From Sedimentisphaera cyanobacteriorum (GTDB lineage Bacteria > Planctomycetota > Phycisphaerae > Sedimentisphaerales > Sedimentisphaeraceae), in the NCBI RefSeq assembly GCF_001997385.1, contig NZ_CP019633.1, positions 360,001 through 392,000 on the forward strand: 32,000 nt of DNA, given 5' to 3'. The notes under the pieces are model-generated. The model searched no databases. It was not told the DNA's origin and saw only the letters and a list, made by a program, of their open reading frames with translations. The translations under genes were made by a program, and so were the position numbers. Positions within the stretch are counted from its first letter, which is position 1; every line of letters starts with the position of its first letter. Of this stretch, positions 26,639 through 32,000 are shown piece after piece.

Positions 26639-26788
26639 ATGGCTAAAAAAGTTAAAAAAACGGCTCAGAGTGATATTTATACAGGATTTCTCGGGATAGC
26701 TTTCCTTTTTGTACTTACAACAGCGGTGCTTGTGCTTATGGAATGTATTAATACATTCGGAGCCGAGAACCTGCTGAAGTTTAATTGA
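26639..26788 (+). CDS. 49-aa membrane peptide
   Basis: Below the ORF-track cutoff. My translation: MAKKVKKTAQSDIYTGFLGIAFLFVLTTAVLVLMECINTFGAENLLKFN*. RBS-like aaggaaagg starts at 26617. Basic N-terminus plus one TM. A strong terminator follows immediately. Confidence 0.5.
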   Translation: MAKKVKKTAQSDIYTGFLGIAFLFVLTTAVLVLMECINTFGAENLLKFN

Positions 26789-26803
26789 TATAAGCTCGTT
26801 ATT

Positions 26804-26840
26804 AAAGGCACGGGAAGGATACCCGTGCCTTTTTAATTTT
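26804..26840 (+). terminator. Rho-independent terminator
   Basis: aaaggcacggg-aaggata-cccgtgccttttt aatttt: a perfect GC-rich stem followed by a T-run. Confidence 0.8.
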
Positions 26841-26877
26841 GCTAAGCATATCTTTTTCCTTCTGAAAGGGTCAATCT

Positions 26878-27933
26878 GTGATACTCGATACAATTCTTGG
26901 CTGGTTCAGTACAGATATGGGTATAGACTTAGGGACATGCAACACCCTGGTAACTGTACGAGGTGAGGGTATTAAGCTGAATGAACCTTCTGTTGTCGCC
27001 GTGCGCAAAGGCACAAACGTAGTATTGAACAACGGCGAAGCAGTCGGGCTTGTAGCTAAAGATATGCTTGGAAAAACCCCCGGCTCCATTTCTGCAATCC
27101 GTCCGCTCAAGGACGGGGTTATAAGCGATTTCGAGATCACCGAAGCTATGCTCGGCTACTTCATCCGCAAGGTTCACGGCAGGGGCGGACTGCTCAGGCC
27201 TCAGGTGGTAATTTCCGTACCAAGCGGGATTACCGCTGTTGAGAGAAGGGCGGTTAGAGACAGCGCCGAACGCGCAGGAGCGAGAAAAGTTTTCCTTATA
27301 GATGAGCCGATGGCAGCAGGAATCGGGGCAGGCCTTCCGATCACAGAGCCCACCGCTTCAATGATTGTGGATATAGGTGGCGGAACAACAGAAGTTGCTA
27401 TTATGTCCCTGGCTGATATAAGCACTTGCACAAGCCTGAGAGTTGGCGGGGACGATTTCGATGAAGCGATTATAAACCACCTCAAAAGAACATACAATCT
27501 GCTTATCGGCGAGTCCCGAGCAGAGCAGGTGAAGATTGAGCTCGGCTCCGCAGGCCCGCTCGAAGAAGAGATGACCATGGAGATAGCCGGAAGAGATACA
27601 ATATCCGGCCTTCCGAGAAAGATTGTTATAACAAGCGAAGAGATAAGAGAGGCTCTAAAGGAGCCGGTATCTTCGATTATAGAATGTGTTACCCAAACGC
27701 TTGAAAAGGCCGAGCCTGAACTTGCCGCAGACCTCATCGATAATGGCGTTCATATCTGCGGCGGCGGCGCGATTCTCAGAGGTATGGATAAAGTCCTAGC
27801 TAACGCTACAGGGCTGAATGTCAATCTCGTGGAAGACCCGCTAACTTGCGTGGCAAGAGGGACATGCGTATTCCTCGAAAACCTCGAGAGCCTCAGGGAA
27901 AGCATCGATCAGGACAGCTATAACTGGGATTAA
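26878..27933 (+). CDS. mreB: Rod-shape-determining actin homologue MreB
   Basis: 351 aa, GTG start. MGIDLGTCNTLV, EPSVVA, VISVPSGITAVERRAV, IDEPMAAGIGAGL, VDIGGGTTEVAI, HICGGGAILRG. Confidence 0.97.
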   Translation: MILDTILGWFSTDMGIDLGTCNTLVTVRGEGIKLNEPSVVAVRKGTNVVLNNGEAVGLVAKDMLGKTPGSISAIRPLKDGVISDFEITEAMLGYFIRKVHGRGGLLRPQVVISVPSGITAVERRAVRDSAERAGARKVFLIDEPMAAGIGAGLPITEPTASMIVDIGGGTTEVAIMSLADISTCTSLRVGGDDFDEAIINHLKRTYNLLIGESRAEQVKIELGSAGPLEEEMTMEIAGRDTISGLPRKIVITSEEIREALKEPVSSIIECVTQTLEKAEPELAADLIDNGVHICGGGAILRGMDKVLANATGLNVNLVEDPLTCVARGTCVFLENLESLRESIDQDSYNWD

Positions 27934-27982
27934 CCCGTTTTCTGGCAGGCAGCCGGAGGTCTTTATATAAAAGCAGAGTTAT

Positions 27983-28810
27983 ATGGCAAAACGCAAACAA
28001 AACTCGAGCAACAGCGCTATTTTCTGCAGCTTGCTCCTTGCCGGGGTTGCCCTGCTAATTTTGCCGCATAAGATTACTCGAAATCTAAATTCATTTTTCA
28101 TTGAGCTGTTCAGGCCTGTAATCGGAATAGATATAAAAATCCCGGGCAAGCCGGGGAAAGGCTCGCTGCCGGCTTCTGGAGAGTACGTTTCTAAAAGCGA
28201 ATACGACCACCTCTGGGCGGCATACCAGAACCTCTATGCAGACCTGCTTGAAGCCCAGAAAAGGCTCGAAAAGGCATCTCAATTCCGCAGCTCAATGCCG
28301 AAGACAGGCGATATGTTTGTTATGGCTGATATAATCAAACGCGAGCAGGGGCAGAAAATCCTCATCAACAGAGGCTCAATCGACGGCGTTGAAAAGGGGC
28401 AGTATGTCTTCGCTGAGGGGGCAATAATAGGCACTGTTACCGATATATCCAGCTCTTGGGCGAGGATCACACTCATCACAAACAACACCCTCCAGATACC
28501 TGTGCATATTGTACGTCCGGGCAGAGAGGAATACATTAGAGCTAATATGGTGGGCAACGGTATGGATGCATGCGAGATCCCGTATATCTCCGCTGAGCTG
28601 GATGTTAAGCCCGGGGATTATGTGTATGCAAGCCCGGGCAGGCAGTATCTGGAAACTCCGAGGATTGCAGGCGTAGTGAAAACGGTGGTGGAGGATATGC
28701 AGGACCCGCTGATATGGGATATAACCGTTGAGCCCTCCGCAGATTTCGAGAATTTGAAGAAGGTTGCTGTGATAGTAGTTGCGCCTTCTCAGGAGGTTTC
28801 GAGCGAATGA
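27983..28810 (+). CDS. mreC: Rod-shape-determining protein MreC
   Basis: 275 aa. N-terminal TM, short coiled coil (YQNLYADLLEAQKRLEKA), beta-barrel block ILINRGSIDGVEKGQYVFAEGAIIGTVTDISSSWARITLITN. Position between mreB and mreD. Confidence 0.9.
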   Translation: MAKRKQNSSNSAIFCSLLLAGVALLILPHKITRNLNSFFIELFRPVIGIDIKIPGKPGKGSLPASGEYVSKSEYDHLWAAYQNLYADLLEAQKRLEKASQFRSSMPKTGDMFVMADIIKREQGQKILINRGSIDGVEKGQYVFAEGAIIGTVTDISSSWARITLITNNTLQIPVHIVRPGREEYIRANMVGNGMDACEIPYISAELDVKPGDYVYASPGRQYLETPRIAGVVKTVVEDMQDPLIWDITVEPSADFENLKKVAVIVVAPSQEVSSE

Positions 28811-29304
28811 AGTGGCTGTTTTTCTCTATCACTGCCGGAATTGCTGTTCTGCTGAATTCAAGTGCTGCTCTGGAGTATATCGAAATCAGCCGGTTCGGTA
28901 TTCGCCCCGATCTTATGGTGCCTCTGCTGGGCTTTTTCTGCTACACATTCTCACGCAGAGACGCGATAACAGCAGCATTTGCCCTCGGTTTTCTTGCAGA
29001 CGTTTCAAGCATTACAATGGGGCCTCATACCCTCACTTTCCTAATCGCCGGCAGCTTCTTTTCAAATGCAAGGGAGTTTTTGAGTATGGACAGGGTGCGA
29101 AACAGAGCAGCTGCTGTTTTCTTTCTCGCAGTGTTTATTGATATTCTTGTTATGCCGCTGACTGGCCTCAAAACTGAAGTGCAGATATTAAAGCCCCATA
29201 TCACCATCCCCGCAGAGGCTCTATATACCGCTGTTGCCGGGGTTGTGATTTGGCAGATAAATCTCTACGCCGCAGGGCTGTTCGGGATAAAGCGTAAACG
29301 ATGA
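28807..29304 (+). CDS. mreD: Rod-shape-determining protein MreD
   Basis: 165 aa polytopic membrane protein. ATGA overlap with mreC. RPDLMVPLLGFFCYTF...GFLADV pattern. Confidence 0.85.
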   Translation: MKWLFFSITAGIAVLLNSSAALEYIEISRFGIRPDLMVPLLGFFCYTFSRRDAITAAFALGFLADVSSITMGPHTLTFLIAGSFFSNAREFLSMDRVRNRAAAVFFLAVFIDILVMPLTGLKTEVQILKPHITIPAEALYTAVAGVVIWQINLYAAGLFGIKRKR

Positions 29305-29342
29305 AATTTTCTCTCATCAGGGGCTTTTTTGCGAAAATATGA

Positions 29343-29370
29343 TTGACTTAATTCACCACTTTATTACCAT
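29343..29370 (+). promoter_or_regulatory. Promoter candidate for the tRNA-Asp pair
   Basis: TTGACT (29343-29348), 16-nt spacer, TACCAT (29365-29370), about 20 nt upstream of the first tRNA. Confidence 0.35.
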
Positions 29371-29391
29371 ACCGGTTCTATTATTGGTGAC

Positions 29392-29465
29392 GGGGCCGTA
29401 GCTCAATTGGTTAGAGCATCGGACTGTCGATCCGAAGGCTGAGGGTTCGAGTCCCTTCGGCCTCG
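29392..29465 (+). tRNA. tRNA-Asp (anticodon GTC), copy 1
   Basis: Hand-folded cloverleaf. Acceptor GGGGCCG/CGGCCTC, D arm GCTC-AATTGGTTA-GAGC, anticodon stem TCGGA/TCCGA with loop CTGTCGA (GTC), T arm GAGGG-TTCGAGT-CCCTT. CCA is not encoded. Confidence 0.93.
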
Positions 29466-29489
29466 CTTATCACCTTTAATAGAAAAAAT

Positions 29490-29563
29490 GGGGCCGTAGC
29501 TCAATTGGTTAGAGCATCGGACTGTCGATCCGAAGGCTGAGGGTTCGAGTCCCTTCGGCCTCG
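29490..29563 (+). tRNA. tRNA-Asp (anticodon GTC), copy 2, identical to copy 1
   Basis: The same 74-nt sequence, 98 nt downstream of copy 1. Confidence 0.93.
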
Positions 29564-29570
29564 CTTTATA

Positions 29571-29604
29571 ACGCCTTGCTGAATACCGGCAGGGCGTTTT
29601 TTTT
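29571..29604 (+). terminator. Rho-independent terminator after the tRNA pair
   Basis: acgccttgc-tgaataccg-gcagggcgt followed by tttttttt (one G-U pair in the stem). Confidence 0.75.
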
Positions 29605-29670
29605 GCAGATCAATCCCTCACACCGACTCTGTACAGACCGCAACAGACCCCTGCTTCCCTCTTATGTGCT

Positions 29671-29957
29671 TTTGTTTACCACGAAGCATTTACAGACTGA
29701 GCCAGCGGTTCGCTGCTTAATAATGCAGCGTCTTACAGCGGAGTTCGCCGTGGCGAACCCGCTAGGATAGCGAAACGTGAAGAGCCGGCGGTAAACGAAA
29801 AATCTTCTCTAAAAGAATGCCTGGCGGGTCCGCCACGGCGAACTCCGCTGTAGTACGGGGGATGTTAAACATTGAGCCTGTCCGCCGCAGGCGGAAAACA
29901 CACGAAGGGGATATGGTTTTGATTTATTTATTATCCACAGATGGCACGGATATTATG
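29671..29957. repeat. Mosaic intergenic repeat locus R4 (modules M1, M6, M2)
   Basis: Hairpin core: arm 29736-29766 (cagcggagttcgccgtggcgaacccgctagg) and arm 29820-29850 (cctggcgggtccgccacggcgaactccgctg) are 29/31 complementary around a 53-nt loop. This is followed by gagcctgtccgccgcaggcgg and aaacacacgaaggggatatggtttt...tatccacagatggcacggat, as in R1. Confidence 0.9.
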
Positions 29958-29969
29958 TTTTTTTTTATT

Positions 29970-30152
29970 AAGCCTGCCGCCATAGTGTATTGGAGCCAGG
30001 CCGTTGATGCAATGCACAAGCGTAGATTTTCCGCTGCCGGAAGGGCCGGTCAAAAGCACCAGCTTGCCCGGTGAAATATCCAGATTGATATTCCTTAAAG
30101 CAGGTTTCTCCTGCCGGGTATATGTAAATGTTAAGTCTTGTATTTTCAGCAT
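29970..30152 (-). pseudogene. 5' fragment of an ABC transporter ATPase gene (ECF/CbiO-like), truncated after the Walker A region
   Basis: MLKIQDLTFTYTRQEKPALRNINLDISPGKLVLLTGPSGSGKSTLVHCINGLAPIHYGG. The reading frame then runs into a T9 run and repeat module M2 and stops at 73 aa. No Q-loop, signature or Walker B follows. Confidence 0.8.
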
Positions 30153-30161
30153 TACAATTAC

Positions 30162-30347
30162 TCAAAAGTCTGCTGTACAATGATTTTCAAATCCAACCGC
30201 TGGATTCGACGGCTGTCCGGGACCCCGATAAATCGGGACTGTTTCCCGGACACCTTTTCTTACTTTCAATTCTTCCGGCCAGTTGAACACGGTGGTAGTT
30301 GTGCAACTACTGATTGTGATTACAACCAGTACCAAACTAATTGTCAA
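30162..30347 (-). CDS. Possible 61-aa small lipoprotein/secreted peptide (weak)
   Basis: TTG-start ORF MTISLVLVVITISSC..., ending 9 nt before the ABC-fragment ATG. No recognisable family. Confidence 0.3.
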   Translation of the reverse strand: MTISLVLVVITISSCTTTTVFNWPEELKVRKGVRETVPIYRGPGQPSNPAVGFENHCTADF

Positions 30348-30369
30348 AATTTTGTTTTTGGGCTGAAAT

Positions 30370-31038
30370 TTAAGGTTGATTTGCTTCCTTCTCTTTCTTC
30401 ATCCTCTCAGCTTCCTGCCTCAACCGCTCTTGAGCTTCCTTGATCCTGTTTGGATCAACACCAGGAGGACCTCCCTTAAGTGCGTTGATAACTTCATTCA
30501 TATCAGGAGGCTTGCTGTACTCACTTAATAAGCCAATCTCTTCAAAGTCTTTTCTGAGTTGGATGGATTCGTAGTCAGGCCCACATATAACTTTATTATC
30601 CCCATCATCATTTTTATCTATTAGAACCATATATGCCTTTTCTTTCGTAACGAATATAGCTCGCGCTTCACTGAAAGAACCTTTTGAAGACCATTTTTTT
30701 GTCCGTTTGGCATTCTTGAAATTAGTGGTTATTCGCTGTAGCCATGAAGGATCATTGATTGCCTTCTTAGCAAGTATTTCATGGCCTATTATTTCCTCAA
30801 CCTTTTCAGGGTTACCTATTATATAAACATTTTTTTCTCCATAGAAAAGTTCTGGATGGTAATGGGGCGTTATTAATATAGCTTCTATTTTATTCAAAGC
30901 TGGAATATCATTTATTCCAGCATCAAAATACTTGTATTGGTTTACAAGATTTTTATTTTCACTTTGTCGACATCCTGCTGAAAACAGAAAAAATACGAAT
31001 ATCAACGATGTCAATATTCTTATCCAGTTCATTTTCAT
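30370..31038 (-). CDS. Hypothetical lipoprotein
   Basis: 222 aa. Signal peptide MKMNWIRILTSLIFVFFLFSAGC with a lipobox-like SAGC. AT-rich codon usage unlike the rest of the window. Charged C-terminal helix (RIKEAQERLRQEAERMKKEKE). Confidence 0.7.
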   Translation of the reverse strand: MKMNWIRILTSLIFVFFLFSAGCRQSENKNLVNQYKYFDAGINDIPALNKIEAILITPHYHPELFYGEKNVYIIGNPEKVEEIIGHEILAKKAINDPSWLQRITTNFKNAKRTKKWSSKGSFSEARAIFVTKEKAYMVLIDKNDDGDNKVICGPDYESIQLRKDFEEIGLLSEYSKPPDMNEVINALKGGPPGVDPNRIKEAQERLRQEAERMKKEKEANQP

Positions 31039-31056
31039 TTACTCCTTAACTCAGAA

Positions 31057-32000
31057 TTAATTAATATCTGGATATCTAAACCAAGCGTATTGCCAGTCAA
31101 TCACACCATAGTACATAAAGTTTTCTAAAATATTTGTTCCACCACCAGGAGGAAGAGAGTCTTCTACAGCAGTCTTAAGCATGTTTCCCTGCCTCAGACG
31201 GTTCCAGTAATCTTCCTCGAACTGGTTGTAATTTCCAAGTATATCATGGACCAATGCTGTGTTTTTCCAACCGATGAAGATCTGCTCACCGATATTGATA
31301 GGATCATCAATAGGAAGAATCCCCAGCATATAAGGGAATTCAACAGTTCTGGCTGAATAGCAAGCATTGAACTGTACCCATATCATTTTATCAGTATCTT
31401 GAACAAACCCTAACTCTGCTATCGAGTGATTGTTCTCATAGTACCAAGAAAGCTCCTCATAATCAGGAGGTATGTTGTTAGGGTCATAATCCTTCTTAAG
31501 ATACGAGAAAACTTTGCCACTTGCAGTAGTAATACACTGTCTTGGTGGCTGACCCAACAAATCATGATTACCATGGGAGCAGTGATACCAAATCTTTACA
31601 TTATCAAGAAGGAGACAGTAGCTAAGATTTTCCCATGTACATGCTTTAGCATTCAAGTATACAGGTCTAATCCCTTTTCTTACAGCTGCAGTAAGTGCCG
31701 CTTTCCAGCATTTCTTTTTGTCTCTTTCAAGACCCTTATTTCCTACAGACACAACCATCTTGACATTGCAACCTTGCGGATAATCTTTCTTCTTGAATTT
31801 TCTAGCGATAATCCTCTCGACTACATCTCTCCAAGAAGCAGAAAGAAGCATCGCCTCTGCCTTAACACTAAGGTCATAAGCACCATCTTCTTCAGTAAAA
31901 GAAGCCGCACTAACATGAGCGTTGAGCCCATCCACAAAACTCTGTGAATAGATAGTTGAACTATTGATTATGTCCACTAACTCAACAAGGTAAGTACCTG
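31057..32000 (-). CDS. Hypothetical protein with a caspase-like (clan CD) His/Cys dyad pattern; N-terminus may lie beyond the window
   Basis: The track starts it at GTG 31977, but the frame stays open to position 32000. Hydrophobic strand plus SHG (VKIWYHCSHGNH, His135 from the GTG) and hydrophobic strand plus AC (MIWVQFNACYSA, Cys206) resemble the caspase/gingipain/CHAT catalytic layout. The domain call is speculative. Confidence 0.6.
   Translation of the reverse strand, partial: GTYLVELVDIINSSTIYSQSFVDGLNAHVSAASFTEEDGAYDLSVKAEAMLLSASWRDVVERIIARKFKKKDYPQGCNVKMVVSVGNKGLERDKKKCWKAALTAAVRKGIRPVYLNAKACTWENLSYCLLLDNVKIWYHCSHGNHDLLGQPPRQCITTASGKVFSYLKKDYDPNNIPPDYEELSWYYENNHSIAELGFVQDTDKMIWVQFNACYSARTVEFPYMLGILPIDDPINIGEQIFIGWKNTALVHDILGNYNQFEEDYWNRLRQGNMLKTAVEDSLPPGGGTNILENFMYYGVIDWQYAWFRYPDIN

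Noticed and set aside
26603-26893. 96-aa minus-strand ORF spanning the coiled-coil/mreB intergenic region
   Set aside because: It overlaps the better-supported plus-strand 49-aa ORF, runs through a strong plus-strand terminator hairpin and into the mreB start. It has no motifs.
5680-29957. Whether the recurring repeats could be a CRISPR array
   Set aside because: There is no regularly spaced identical direct repeat with unique spacers. The modules differ in order and orientation and are scattered over four separate loci. No cas genes are in the window.
30215-30255. Inverted repeat gtccggga...tcccggac with an inner cccga-ttta-tcggg hairpin inside the weak 61-aa ORF
   Set aside because: It has no flanking T-run in either orientation and no second copy in the window. 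There is not enough to call it a terminator or REP. It adds to my doubt about the 61-aa ORF.

Overview
All calls rest on my own reading of the sequence and ORF track and on remembered family motifs; no homology search was run. The window is mostly a housekeeping chromosomal segment. It looks like a PVC-group (Planctomycetota/Phycisphaerae-like) bacterium, judged from a Tat-signal sulfatase fused to LamG, a 59-aa small basic protein and an mreBCD cluster; this taxonomy is inference only.

Minus-strand cluster 1-5530: aminotransferase (partial), small basic protein, SPOR-like membrane protein, nitroreductase, a complete beta-ketoacyl synthase (KS), a KS-like partner lacking both catalytic His, and a FabA/Z-like dehydratase.

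Plus-strand 6341-13108: an orphan PAS/GAF sensor histidine kinase, an isolated wHTH gene, and the sulfatase-LamG gene.

Minus-strand operon 13171-21327: holB, PSP1-domain protein, metG, LolC/E-type permease, tilS, parvulin PPIase.

Plus-strand 22190-29563: glyQS, lysS, rpmB, a coiled-coil membrane protein, a 49-aa membrane peptide, mreBCD, and two identical tandem tRNA-Asp(GTC) genes.

From about 29970 the composition turns AT-rich. This part holds a truncated ABC ATPase gene, one or two lipoprotein genes, and an edge-truncated protein with a caspase-like His/Cys dyad.

I did not find an obvious complete novel system. The best leads are:
1. The wHTH gene carries four 21-bp-phased TGTCAG sites, two of them perfect palindromes, followed by an A/T-rich tract. 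This resembles the lambda O gene with its embedded origin.
2. A mosaic, module-shuffled intergenic repeat family occupies four loci. Its core can form a ~31-bp hairpin, and one copy abuts the truncated ABC ATPase gene.
3. The dehydratase / His-less KS-like / KS trio has no ACP, ketoreductase or acyltransferase in view.
4. An MreC-like coiled-coil protein sits upstream of mreB.
5. An AT-rich island lies next to the tRNA-Asp pair.
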